Below, in pieces: positions 1-11,400 of a stretch of 34,049 nt of DNA (position 1 is its first letter; the number at the start of each line of letters is the position of its first letter). This DNA comes from Candidatus Onthomorpha intestinigallinarum. Its GTDB lineage: Bacteria; Bacteroidota; Bacteroidia; Bacteroidales; P3. The notes under the pieces are model-generated. The model was given only the letters and a program-made list of their open reading frames with translations. It did not search any database and had not been told where the DNA came from. The position numbers and the translations under genes are program-made. Location of the stretch: positions 1 to 34,049 of the forward strand of contig DXGG01000071.1 in NCBI GenBank assembly GCA_019114015.1, in the 5' to 3' direction.

Positions 1-1
1 A

Positions 2-121
2 AAGAACGGTTCGTTTGCCGTTGCCATAGGCACAAAGGTAATAAACCGCAAGCTCTGGCAGGAAACGTTTTTGAAAGAGGGGGACAACATAACGATAATA
101 GGTGCGACATGTGGCGGTTGA
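2..121 (+). CDS. thiS: ThiS sulfur-carrier protein, C-terminal fragment (5' end outside window)
   Basis: Reading from position 2 gives ...VAIGTKVINRKLWQETFLKEGDNITIIGATCGG followed by TGA at 119-121. The terminal Gly-Gly and the position directly upstream of thiE/G/C/H/F fit ThiS. It is absent from the ORF track because no start codon lies in the window. Confidence 0.7.
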   Translation, partial: KNGSFAVAIGTKVINRKLWQETFLKEGDNITIIGATCGG

Positions 122-657
122 TAGGAATAACCCTTCCGGAGCACGATAACGTGCAGGCAGAAAAGGAAAGGATAATATCGCTTTTGGATTCGGGTTACAT
201 AACTTACTTTCATGTACGCAAACCCGGCTTTTCGTATGAACGTATGCGTCAGTGGCTGTCCTTGTTCGGAGAAGAATACAGGGCAAGGATGAGTCTGCAT
301 GACCATCACGAGCTTGCGAAAACGATGAATGTTGGAGGCATACATCTTAATGAAAGAAACAAATTTCCGCCATTGGATGCCAACGGTCTCAGACTTTCGT
401 GTTCATGTCACTCGATTCATCAAATAGAGGAAGAAAAAAAAGGAATGGATTATCTTTTTCTTTCTCCGGTTTTTGACAGCATAAGCAAAAAGGGATACAG
501 GGCCGGTTTTACGAAAGAAGAACTTATGGAGGCGTCACGAAAGGGAATAATAGACGGGAAGGTAGTTGCCTTGTCCGGCGTCAGTGAAGACAGATTTGAA
601 GAATTGAAGGCAGTGGGGTTCACCTCTGCGGCATTGCTCGGAAGCTTATGGAATTAG
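109..657 (+). CDS. ThiE/TenI-family protein (divergent thiamine-phosphate synthase or thiazole tautomerase paralog)
   Basis: 182 aa with a TIM-barrel ThiE/TenI-like pattern (HVRKPG, GGIHLNE, SCSCHS, LFLSPVFDSISKKGY, VVALSGV). It overlaps the thiS stop by 13 nt and the next thiE start by 10 nt. Which activity it has cannot be decided from sequence. Confidence 0.7.
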   Translation: MWRLIGITLPEHDNVQAEKERIISLLDSGYITYFHVRKPGFSYERMRQWLSLFGEEYRARMSLHDHHELAKTMNVGGIHLNERNKFPPLDANGLRLSCSCHSIHQIEEEKKGMDYLFLSPVFDSISKKGYRAGFTKEELMEASRKGIIDGKVVALSGVSEDRFEELKAVGFTSAALLGSLWN

Positions 658-1304
658 AAAAAAACGAAAAGAAGATTTGTCTGCCGAGGGTTTACTTCAT
701 AACCCATAGAAACGAGCGTTTTACATATCTGGATTCCGCCAAAGTGGCTTTGGATTCGGGAATAAGACTGATACAGCTCAGAATGAAGGATGCGAACAAA
801 GAGGAAATCAAATCGACAGCTGAAGAATTGCGGACGATTTGCAGGAATTATGATGCTATACTTGTATTGGACGATCACGTAGAAATTGTGCGGGAATTGA
901 ACTTGGACGGGGTACATCTCGGACTGAAAGACATGCCGATAAAGGAAGCAAAATGTATTCTGAATCCCCGTCAAATTAAAGGTGCAACAGCGAACGAATA
1001 CTGTCATATAGCATCCGCCTTTGAACAAGGTGCGGATTACATAGGGCTGGGGCCATTTCGTTTCACCAGAACGAAGAGCAATCTGAGTCCTGTTCTCGGC
1101 TTGGATTCCTCTAAAAAGATTCTGTCGCAGTGCAAGGCAAACAAGATAAATCTTCCCATATATGCCATAGGCGGAATAGAAATCAGAGACATAGAAAGTC
1201 TTGTAAACGCGGGATTTTACGGCATAGCCGTTTCTTCACTCATACTTGATTCTGAGCATCCGGTCGATACGGCGAGACGAGTAGTTGGAATATTTAACGA
1301 ATAA
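648..1304 (+). CDS. thiE: Thiamine-phosphate synthase
   Basis: 218 aa with ThiE-like motifs: [46 protein letters not shown]. It sits in the thi operon. Confidence 0.85.
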   Translation: MELEKNEKKICLPRVYFITHRNERFTYLDSAKVALDSGIRLIQLRMKDANKEEIKSTAEELRTICRNYDAILVLDDHVEIVRELNLDGVHLGLKDMPIKEAKCILNPRQIKGATANEYCHIASAFEQGADYIGLGPFRFTRTKSNLSPVLGLDSSKKILSQCKANKINLPIYAIGGIEIRDIESLVNAGFYGIAVSSLILDSEHPVDTARRVVGIFNE

Positions 1305-1318
1305 CAAACATATATTTT

Positions 1319-3809
<2,491 letters not shown>

Positions 3810-3832
3810 CAATCTAAAAACAAACATTGACG

Positions 3833-4948
3833 ATGAACACGACATTTTATGATACCATAAAAAACCTTGAGTGGGACAAAGTCACCGAAAGCATCTACTC
3901 CAAAACGGAAAGGGATGTAGTGTCCGCCTTGTCCAAACCGATGCTCAACATAGAGGACTTCAAGGCACTGATTTCCCCTGCCGCCGAAAAATTCCTCGAA
4001 CCTATGGCTCAATTGAGCAGAAACATAACCCGGAAACGTTTCGGCAAGGTAATGCAGTTCTATATCCCCCTTTATTTGTCGAACGAATGCAGCAACCATT
4101 GCATATACTGCGGATTCAACCACAACAACCCAATAAAGCGCATAACACTCGACGATGAACAAATACTGAGGGAAATAAAGATTATAAAATCCATGGGTTA
4201 CGACAACGTACTTCTTCTTACCGGAGAATTTCCTCGTCATGCCGGAGTGGATTATATAGAACATTCGATAGAGCTTTGCAGACCTTATTTTTCGGCAATA
4301 AACCTCGAGGTCTTTCCAATGAGGGTGGAACAATACGAAAGACTTATACGCGCAGGTGCCAACTCGGTATATGTCTATCAGGAAACATTCAACGAGAAAA
4401 GATACAAACATTACCACCCTAAAGGCATGAAGAGCAATTACGCCTATCGGCTCGGAACTCCCGAACGTTTGGCTCAGGCAGGCATTCACAGGGTTGGAAT
4501 GGGTGCTTTGATAGGTTTGGAGGAATGGAGGACCGAAATGGTTTATCTGGCTTTGCATCTTCAGTTCATGACAAAAAACTACTGGAGAACAAAATATTCA
4601 ATCTCTTTCCCGAGAATGCGTCCTGCCGAAGGAGGTTTTCAGGCCGACTTTTTCATGAATGAAAAGGAATTTGCACAGACAATATGGGCCTTCCGTATCT
4701 TTGACAACAATGTGGAGATAACAATGAGTACGAGGGAGACTCCTCAAATGAGGAATCATTTCGTAAGTCTGGGCGTAACCTCAATGAGCGCAGGTTCTAA
4801 GACAGACCCGGGAGGATACTCCAAACCCAACACCGAACTGGAGCAATTCCATATAAACGACGACCGTTCGGTCGAAGAAATGGAGGCAATGGTAAGAGCC
4901 CAGGGATACGACGTGATATTCAAGGACTGGGACAAAATACTCAACTGA
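3833..4948 (+). CDS. thiH: 2-iminoacetate synthase (tyrosine lyase), radical SAM
   Basis: Radical-SAM CX3CX2C motif CSNHCIYCGF and ThiH-like length. The ORF track starts at a TTG at 3827; the first ATG is at 3833, so the start is uncertain by 2 codons. Confidence 0.92.
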   Translation: MNTTFYDTIKNLEWDKVTESIYSKTERDVVSALSKPMLNIEDFKALISPAAEKFLEPMAQLSRNITRKRFGKVMQFYIPLYLSNECSNHCIYCGFNHNNPIKRITLDDEQILREIKIIKSMGYDNVLLLTGEFPRHAGVDYIEHSIELCRPYFSAINLEVFPMRVEQYERLIRAGANSVYVYQETFNEKRYKHYHPKGMKSNYAYRLGTPERLAQAGIHRVGMGALIGLEEWRTEMVYLALHLQFMTKNYWRTKYSISFPRMRPAEGGFQADFFMNEKEFAQTIWAFRIFDNNVEITMSTRETPQMRNHFVSLGVTSMSAGSKTDPGGYSKPNTELEQFHINDDRSVEEMEAMVRAQGYDVIFKDWDKILN

Positions 4949-4949
4949 C

Positions 4950-5663
4950 ATGCTTTCGGACAGGGAGAAGACAAGATACGCAAGACAGATATCATTGCAG
5001 GACTTCGGAATCGAGGGTCAGGAAAAACTTAAAGATTCCAAAGTCCTGATTGTCGGACTCGGCGGTTTGGGAAGCATAGAAGGCCTTTATCTTGCGGCGG
5101 CAGGGGCAGGCACGATAGGCTTGATTGACGGGGACAGGATAAGTCTGTCAAATCTTCAAAGGCAAATACTATACAGGGAAGTTCAGGAAGGAATGCCCAA
5201 AGCCTCAACGGCAAAGGAGAACCTCATGCAGCTGAATTCCAACTGCCGTTTCCAAACCTACGACTTCTTCCTGAACAGGGACAATGCCGAAGACATAATC
5301 CGTAACTATGACATGGTAATGGACGCAAGCGACAACTTTGCAACACGCTATCTAATCAACGATGCGTGTTTCAAACTTCGCAAGGCCTTCGTTTACTGTT
5401 CCATATCGGACATGACGGCTCAGATTTGCCTTTTCGACTTCAAGGTTTCCGACAGGAGTTACAGAGATTTGTTTCCGGAAGACATGCATCGCGAGGACGA
5501 AACTTTCCAAAACAATGCCGTCATCGGCGTTTTGCCGGCAATAGCGGGAAGCATCTGCGTGAACGAAGCAATAAAGCACATAACCGGTATGGGAAACACA
5601 CTGTTGAACCGCCTTTTGACATTTGATTTGTCAACCAACGATTTTGCCGTTTTCGACTTGTGA
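4950..5663 (+). CDS. thiF: ThiS/MoaD adenylyltransferase (ThiF/MoeB/HesA family)
   Basis: 237 aa with RYARQI, the GLGGLGS nucleotide-binding loop and DASDNFATRYLINDAC. The ATG lies 1 nt after the thiH stop. Confidence 0.85.
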   Translation: MLSDREKTRYARQISLQDFGIEGQEKLKDSKVLIVGLGGLGSIEGLYLAAAGAGTIGLIDGDRISLSNLQRQILYREVQEGMPKASTAKENLMQLNSNCRFQTYDFFLNRDNAEDIIRNYDMVMDASDNFATRYLINDACFKLRKAFVYCSISDMTAQICLFDFKVSDRSYRDLFPEDMHREDETFQNNAVIGVLPAIAGSICVNEAIKHITGMGNTLLNRLLTFDLSTNDFAVFDL

Positions 5664-5683
5664 AAAACGGAATTTGATTCTGT

Positions 5684-5729
5684 AAAAACGGATTCAGAAA
5701 AGAAAAAATCCTTTTCTGAATCCGTTTTT
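5684..5729. terminator. Bidirectional intrinsic terminator hairpin after thiF (member of a repeated palindrome family)
   Basis: Arms AAAAACGGATTCAGAAAAG (5684-5702) and CTTTTCTGAATCCGTTTTT (5711-5729) form a 19-bp stem with an 8-nt loop. An A-tract lies 5' and a T-run 3'. The 13-nt core arms are identical to those at 25386-25419. Confidence 0.75.
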
Positions 5730-5810
5730 TTCTTTTCTGAAAACAGAGAATAACAATCAAATTCCATTTCCGGTCACCCGAACAATAATTTTTTTACCTT
5801 TTCGTTTGAT

Positions 5811-6944
5811 ATGAGTTATTTCCGAAATGGTATGGGGAAAATCCGCATTGATGTCAGCGTAAGCAACGATTTGTTGTGCGACAACAGAGTCGACAAGACA
5901 TGTCGCTCATTGTCGGAGTATGGCCTTGAGGTCAGGCTTACGGGAAAAAGGACAAAGGATTCTCCGGACTTGAATCCGCGTCCGTACAAATACGAAAGGA
6001 TAAAGGTGTTTTTCGGAAAAAACGCCTTGTATTATGCGGAACTGAACACCAGACTTTTTTTCAAGCTGTTGTTTTCAAGACAGGACATTCTCTGGGCCAA
6101 CGATTTGGATACCCTTTTGGCTAATTTTCTTGTTTCACGCATAAAACGCAAGCCTTTGATTTTCGATTCGCACGAGCATTTCACCCAGGTGCCGGAATTG
6201 AAAAACAATCCGTTTGCGCAAAAGGTGTGGACGAAAATAGAGAAGTTCTGTGTAAGCGGATTGAAATACGTCGTCACCGTATGCAATCCGATAAAGAAAT
6301 ATTTCAAAGACCGATACGGAGTGGAGGCAGTTGTGGTTAGAAACATGCCGTTGAAACGTAAAAGGCAGGATGCGTTCACGCCGGCGGAAGAGAAGGAAAA
6401 CGTTGTCGTGTGGCAGGGAGCGGTCAATGTGGAAAGGGGACTTGAGGAATTGTGCGAGGCTTTCAAATGGATAAACGCAAAACTGTACATAATCGGACAG
6501 GGAGACATAAGGGACGAACTGGAAAGGCATGTCGAAAAGGAAGGGCTTGGAGAGAGGATACGTTTTTTCGGCAGGTTGCCGTTTGAGGAAATGATGAGTC
6601 TTGCCGAAAAAGCAAAACTCGGAGTGTCGATAGACAAGGACACGAACATGAATTATGCCGTAAGTCTGCCGAACAAGATTTTCGAATACATACATTGTTC
6701 CGTTCCGATTCTGGCTTCACCCCTTCGGGAAATAAAACCGATAATCGAGAAATACGAAACGGGGGAATTTATCCGTTCATACGATTCAAAGGATTTGAGC
6801 ATGCAGATAAACGGTCTGATTTCGGACAATGAGAAATTGAACCGTTATGCCGAAAATTGTCGTTCGGCTTCGGAGGATTTGACATGGCAGAAAGAGGAAA
6901 AGAAAATTTTCGGACTGATAGACAGAGTGTTGCAGGAAAAATGA
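5811..6944 (+). CDS. Glycosyltransferase, GT4 (GT-B fold) family
   Basis: 377 aa. The C-terminal half has GT4-type features (VVWQGAVNVERG, RFFGRLP, PNKIFEYIHCSVPILAS resembling the E-x7-E region). An alternative start is ATG 5832 (MGKIRID). Confidence 0.8.
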   Translation: MSYFRNGMGKIRIDVSVSNDLLCDNRVDKTCRSLSEYGLEVRLTGKRTKDSPDLNPRPYKYERIKVFFGKNALYYAELNTRLFFKLLFSRQDILWANDLDTLLANFLVSRIKRKPLIFDSHEHFTQVPELKNNPFAQKVWTKIEKFCVSGLKYVVTVCNPIKKYFKDRYGVEAVVVRNMPLKRKRQDAFTPAEEKENVVVWQGAVNVERGLEELCEAFKWINAKLYIIGQGDIRDELERHVEKEGLGERIRFFGRLPFEEMMSLAEKAKLGVSIDKDTNMNYAVSLPNKIFEYIHCSVPILASPLREIKPIIEKYETGEFIRSYDSKDLSMQINGLISDNEKLNRYAENCRSASEDLTWQKEEKKIFGLIDRVLQEK

Positions 6945-7816
6945 TATCCATTCTTATACCTGTTTACAATGAGAACTGCGTCCAGCTTGTGAGCGAATTG
7001 CACGCGCAGGCCGAGGAACTCGGATTTGACTTTGAAATCCTTGTGGTTGACGACCATTCCCCCAATCCTGACAAGGCCAACAGGGTAATAAGACAATGGA
7101 GCGGCGTGTATTACGAAGAGTTGCCGCAAAACTACGGACGCTCCAAGATAAGAAACTATATGGCGGAAAAAGCCAAGGGAGATTATCTGATTTTTCTTGA
7201 CGGAGACAGCGGAATAAACAACAGATGTTTTTTGAAGAACTATTGTTGTTTCATGGGCAAATTAGATGTCGTTTGCGGAGGGACGGAATATTGTCAAAAG
7301 GAATTCGTGGACAGAAAATACATATTGCACTGGAAGAACGGTTCAATTCGCGAGAGCAATGCAAAGAAAAGAAACACCGCCTGTTTCACTTCCAATAACT
7401 TCATGATAAGAAAGCAGGTCTTTTCGTGTACCGGTTTTGATGCGGAACTGAAAACCTACGGTCATGAGGACACCCTTTTCGACATAATGCTGAAAGAACG
7501 CAAGGTAAAGATTAAGCACATAGACAATCCCGTAGTACATCTCGGACTAAAACCGTTCGACAAATTCATCTCCGACATAGAAAGTGCCACAAGAAACCTT
7601 AAGACAATATATGACAAATACGGACACAGGGTTGACTTGAAGCGCATAAGGCTTGTAAGGGCCGCTTCGTATTTGAGCCGTCTGCATTTGTGCGGATTAT
7701 ACAGAGCGGGATTCAGGATATTGAAACCTTTAATGCTTTACTGCCTGAAAAGCAAAAATCCCAATCTGTACGTTTTGGATTTGTACAAATTGGGAATCTA
7801 TGTCGAATCCTGCTGA
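6941..7816 (+). CDS. Glycosyltransferase family 2
   Basis: ISILIPVYNE, VVDDHS and FLDGDS (DxD) motifs. I place the start at ATG 6941, which forms an ATGA overlap with the upstream GT4 stop, rather than the track's 6857 start that overlaps GT4 by 88 nt. Confidence 0.85.
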   Translation: MISILIPVYNENCVQLVSELHAQAEELGFDFEILVVDDHSPNPDKANRVIRQWSGVYYEELPQNYGRSKIRNYMAEKAKGDYLIFLDGDSGINNRCFLKNYCCFMGKLDVVCGGTEYCQKEFVDRKYILHWKNGSIRESNAKKRNTACFTSNNFMIRKQVFSCTGFDAELKTYGHEDTLFDIMLKERKVKIKHIDNPVVHLGLKPFDKFISDIESATRNLKTIYDKYGHRVDLKRIRLVRAASYLSRLHLCGLYRAGFRILKPLMLYCLKSKNPNLYVLDLYKLGIYVESC

Positions 7817-7821
7817 AGCGT

Positions 7822-8496
7822 TCAACTGACTATTATTTTTCCGTCTTCGCAGGCAATGACCTTTGCGCGGCATTTGTCTATCACTATGTAGTCGTGCGTT
7901 GCCATAAGTACGCTCGTGCCGTGTTTTTCGTTTATATGTTTCAACAGCATTACGATTTCTTCACTTGTTATGGGGTCAAGATTTCCCGTAGGTTCGTCTG
8001 CCAGAATCAATTCGGGACTGTTTACCACCGCTCTTGCTATTGCGACCCTTTGCATTTCGCCTTCGCTCAAATCGCAAGCCTGTTCCTCCGCCTTCATAAG
8101 CAGTCCCACATCATCCAATGCCTGCAATATCCTTGTTTTCATTGCTTTTCTGTCTCTCCATCCGGTTGCCCTCAACACAAATGCAAGATTGTCATAGACC
8201 GAACGGTCTTTCAACAGTTGGAAATCCTGGAAAATGATACCCAGTTTCCGTCTCAACATGGGTATTTGCCTTCTTTTTATCTTTCTAAGGTCGAATCCGC
8301 AAACCACAGCGGTTCCCTTTTCAATCGGAACATCGGCATAAACGGACTTCAGCAAAGAACTCTTGCCAGAACCCGTCTTGCCTATAAGGTAAACGAATTC
8401 ACCTTTTTCCAATGTAAGGTTTATGTCCGACAGAACAGGCTGGTCGAAAGCCAAATCGACACCTTCAAAATTTATTACATATTTTTTCTCGTCCAT
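7822..8496 (-). CDS. ftsE: Cell-division ABC ATPase FtsE
   Basis: 224 aa with Walker A GKTGSGKSSL, signature LSEGEMQRVAIARA and Walker B LILADEPTGNLD. Length and sequence are FtsE-like. No ftsX is adjacent. Confidence 0.8.
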   Translation of the reverse strand: MDEKKYVINFEGVDLAFDQPVLSDINLTLEKGEFVYLIGKTGSGKSSLLKSVYADVPIEKGTAVVCGFDLRKIKRRQIPMLRRKLGIIFQDFQLLKDRSVYDNLAFVLRATGWRDRKAMKTRILQALDDVGLLMKAEEQACDLSEGEMQRVAIARAVVNSPELILADEPTGNLDPITSEEIVMLLKHINEKHGTSVLMATHDYIVIDKCRAKVIACEDGKIIVS

Positions 8497-8497
8497 T

Positions 8498-9649
8498 TTA
8501 TAAATTCTCTTTTATTTTTGTCAGTTTCTTTTTAATGAAATATCGTAATCCCAATACAAACACAAACCACATTACCACAATATAGGCGATGTAATATATG
8601 TCCTCAAGGAATAATGCGGCAATGATGGAAATTATTGTGACTACAATCTGAATAGACATTGTTATTATTGTAGTTTTTTTATGTGTATAGCCTGTCCTGA
8701 GGAGCAAATGATGAATATGTATCTTGTCTGCGCTGAAAGGACTCTTTCCTCTGCGTACGCGGGATATGAACACCCTCAAAGTATCTGCCAAAGGCAAAAA
8801 GAAAAACATTACAAACACCAGTATGTTGCTTTTTACCGGCATTTTGAATAAGGTACTCGGCTCAATACCGTTGTAATCCATGGAGACAATAAGTCTTATT
8901 GCTATCATAAAACCTATAAACAAGCTTCCAGTGTCTCCCATGAACACTTTGGCCGGCTGCCAGTTGTAAAACAGAAAGCCCATTATCGCACCGCACATGG
9001 CAACATCGACAATAATCCAAAATGATGAGCTTGCGAACAGTTCCGTTTCCTTTATGTCCAGACCCACAACAAATAATCCGTACAGAAGAAGAAAGAAAAA
9101 TACCGACAATGCCTGAGTTCCCGCTTGTCCGTCTATACCGTCTATAAGGTTGTATGCGTTTGCCACAACTATTATGAACGAAATAGTCAATATGTAACTC
9201 AACCATTCTGGCAGTTCCTCTATTCCAAACAGGCCGTAGAGACCGTGTATCCGTATTCCCATATAACAGAACAGGAATCCGACTATGATTTCAATCAGAA
9301 GCTTGACTCTCGGAGACAAATCGTTCATGTCGTCCCTTATTCCCATAAAGACAACCAGTGCAAACAACAGTATGAACGATACAATCTCCCAAATGTTTGT
9401 CAGATAAGGATCTTTGGTGGCAAAAAGCGCAAAAGAAAATGCGAATGCCAGAAAAATAACCAGGCCTCCCATATGTGCCGTATAGCCTTTGTGTATTTTT
9501 CTTCCGCCGGATTTATCCAAAATCCTGTACTTCTCCATAAGCCTTATGAAAGGCGGCATACACAGAAATGAAATCAAAAATGCAACTACAAAAGATACAG
9601 ATAAAATCATACTAATCATTATTACATTATTCGAGTGCAAAGATAGCAT
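8498..9649 (-). CDS. Polyprenyl-phosphate sugar-1-phosphate transferase (MraY/WecA GT4 family)
   Basis: Polytopic membrane protein with the NAYNLIDGIDGQAG motif and VFMGDTGSLFIG. The start was chosen at ATG 9649 (MLSLHS...); ATGs at 9619 and 9610 are also possible. The track's 9748 start adds a non-hydrophobic extension. The stop lies 1 nt before the ftsE ATG. Confidence 0.8.
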   Translation of the reverse strand: MLSLHSNNVIMISMILSVSFVVAFLISFLCMPPFIRLMEKYRILDKSGGRKIHKGYTAHMGGLVIFLAFAFSFALFATKDPYLTNIWEIVSFILLFALVVFMGIRDDMNDLSPRVKLLIEIIVGFLFCYMGIRIHGLYGLFGIEELPEWLSYILTISFIIVVANAYNLIDGIDGQAGTQALSVFFFLLLYGLFVVGLDIKETELFASSSFWIIVDVAMCGAIMGFLFYNWQPAKVFMGDTGSLFIGFMIAIRLIVSMDYNGIEPSTLFKMPVKSNILVFVMFFFLPLADTLRVFISRVRRGKSPFSADKIHIHHLLLRTGYTHKKTTIITMSIQIVVTIISIIAALFLEDIYYIAYIVVMWFVFVLGLRYFIKKKLTKIKENL

Positions 9650-9852
9650 TTTTCTCGTAATGAATATTTTTAACCAATAATTTGTTTTATTATTATGAAT
9701 TTTGAATATCGTGAAAGCGGAGGTAAGACCATGCAGATAATTCGACAATAAAACTTTATTCGTTGTGTATATAAGGTATCTCGTTTTTTTTTTGTACTTT
9801 TGAAATCTCTAACTTTGAAGTAGTTGTTTTGGATAAAGAAAATATATAAAAA

Positions 9853-11376
9853 ATGCAGACTATCATAATATTGGATCACGGTTCTCAATATACGCAACTG
9901 ATTGCCAGAAAAGTAAGAGAGCTGAACGTTTACTGTGAAATACACCCTTACAACAAAATACCGGATTTGGGACCGGAGGTTGCAGGGGTTATTCTTAGTG
10001 GAAGTCCTTGCAGTGTCAGGGATGAAAATGCTCCTCAGACCGATTTGAGATTTAAAGGGAGGATTCCGGTTTTGGGCATATGCTACGGTGCGCAGTACAT
10101 GGCAGACAAATTCGGGGGAGAGGTCATCGCAAGTAAAATAAGGGAATACGGAAGGGCTCGATTAAGTCATATAGATACGGAAAACAAACTTCTCAAAGGC
10201 ATACCCGTTAATTCGCAGGTATGGATGAGCCACGGAGACACCATTCTTCGCCTTCCCGAAAATTACACTTTGATATGCTCGACCGAAAACGTGGAAAATG
10301 CCGGATACAAGGTAAATGGAGAAGAAACTTATGCCATACAGTTTCATCCGGAAGTCTATCACACTACGGACGGTTTGAAGTTGTTGAAAAATTTCGTCGT
10401 AGATATATGCGGATGCAGGCAAGACTGGACGGAGGCTTCCTTTATAGATACTACGGTGTCAAACCTCAAGTCGCAACTGTCAGATGACAAAGTCGTGCTT
10501 GGTTTAAGCGGAGGAGTGGATTCATCCGTTGCCGCAATGTTGCTGCACAAGGCAATAGGCAACAATCTGAACTGCATATTCGTTGACAATGGTTTGCTCA
10601 GGAAAAACGAATTTGAGGACGTATTGTCTTCCTACAAGGACATGGGGCTGAATGTTGTAGGAGTGGATGCGAAACACGAATTTTACAATGCCCTAAAGGG
10701 ATTGACGGATCCAGAAAAGAAAAGGAAGGCCATAGGCAAAACATTCATAGATGTTTTTGATGCCCAGGCGAACAAAATCAACGGAGTGAAATGGTTGGCT
10801 CAGGGAACGATATATCCTGATGTGATAGAAAGTTGCAGCGTAAAAGGTCCGAGCGTAACGATAAAGTCTCATCACAATGTGGGAGGACTGCCCGAACACA
10901 TGAAGTTGAAAATAGTTGAACCTTTGAGAACTCTGTTCAAGGACGAGGTAAGAAAAGTAGGAAAGGCTCTCGGACTGAAACCTGAATTGCTCAACAGACA
11001 TCCTTTTCCCGGACCCGGTCTGGCAATAAGGATTTTGGGAGAGGTGACCGATGAAAAAGTGAAAATATTGCAGGAAGTGGACGCCATTTTCATCGAAAAC
11101 CTGAAAAGGGAAAACCTTTATGACAAGGTGTGGCAGGCAGGTGCCGTACTCCTTCCTATACAATCCGTGGGCGTAATGGGGGACGAAAGGACCTATGAAA
11201 GGGTTGTGGCACTCAGAGCAGTGGAATCGGTGGATGGAATGACTGCCGACTGGTCTCATCTGCCTTACGACTTCTTGGCGGAGGTGTCAAATCAAATCAT
11301 AAACAGAGTAAAGGGCGTCAACAGGGTTTGCTACGATATCAGTTCCAAACCTCCAGCAACAATAGAATGGGAATAG
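9853..11376 (+). CDS. guaA: GMP synthase (glutamine-hydrolysing)
   Basis: 507 aa with the GATase catalytic GICYGAQ, the PP-loop [10 protein letters not shown] and the conserved C-terminal dimerisation region ending ATIEWE. Confidence 0.97.
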   Translation: MQTIIILDHGSQYTQLIARKVRELNVYCEIHPYNKIPDLGPEVAGVILSGSPCSVRDENAPQTDLRFKGRIPVLGICYGAQYMADKFGGEVIASKIREYGRARLSHIDTENKLLKGIPVNSQVWMSHGDTILRLPENYTLICSTENVENAGYKVNGEETYAIQFHPEVYHTTDGLKLLKNFVVDICGCRQDWTEASFIDTTVSNLKSQLSDDKVVLGLSGGVDSSVAAMLLHKAIGNNLNCIFVDNGLLRKNEFEDVLSSYKDMGLNVVGVDAKHEFYNALKGLTDPEKKRKAIGKTFIDVFDAQANKINGVKWLAQGTIYPDVIESCSVKGPSVTIKSHHNVGGLPEHMKLKIVEPLRTLFKDEVRKVGKALGLKPELLNRHPFPGPGLAIRILGEVTDEKVKILQEVDAIFIENLKRENLYDKVWQAGAVLLPIQSVGVMGDERTYERVVALRAVESVDGMTADWSHLPYDFLAEVSNQIINRVKGVNRVCYDISSKPPATIEWE

Positions 11377-11400
11377 TTTAACAAAATAGAACGGCAGCCG

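Noticed and set aside
1-108. Expected TPP riboswitch at the head of the thi operon.
   Set aside because: Positions 2-121 are the coding 3' end of thiS, so any riboswitch would lie upstream of the window. No THI-box-like element appears inside the operon.
7690-8535. Very long antisense ORFs opposite real genes. They are 281 aa opposite ftsE; 285 aa at 3701-4558 opposite thiH; 222 aa at 22737-23405 opposite the S9 peptidase; and 202 aa at 16061-16669 opposite the PorE-like gene. Also 194 aa at 31091-31675, 188 aa at 10693-11259, 153 aa at 12151-12612, 156 aa at 26212-26682, 148 aa at 9125-9571 and 135 aa at 30076-30483.
   Set aside because: I checked coordinates modulo 3. Every one of these lies in the codon-register antisense frame, where a stop can arise only opposite a sense TTA, CTA or TCA codon. 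Their openness is explained by avoidance of those three codons in this genome. The translations are Cys/Arg/Phe-rich with no recognisable motif, signal or start context.
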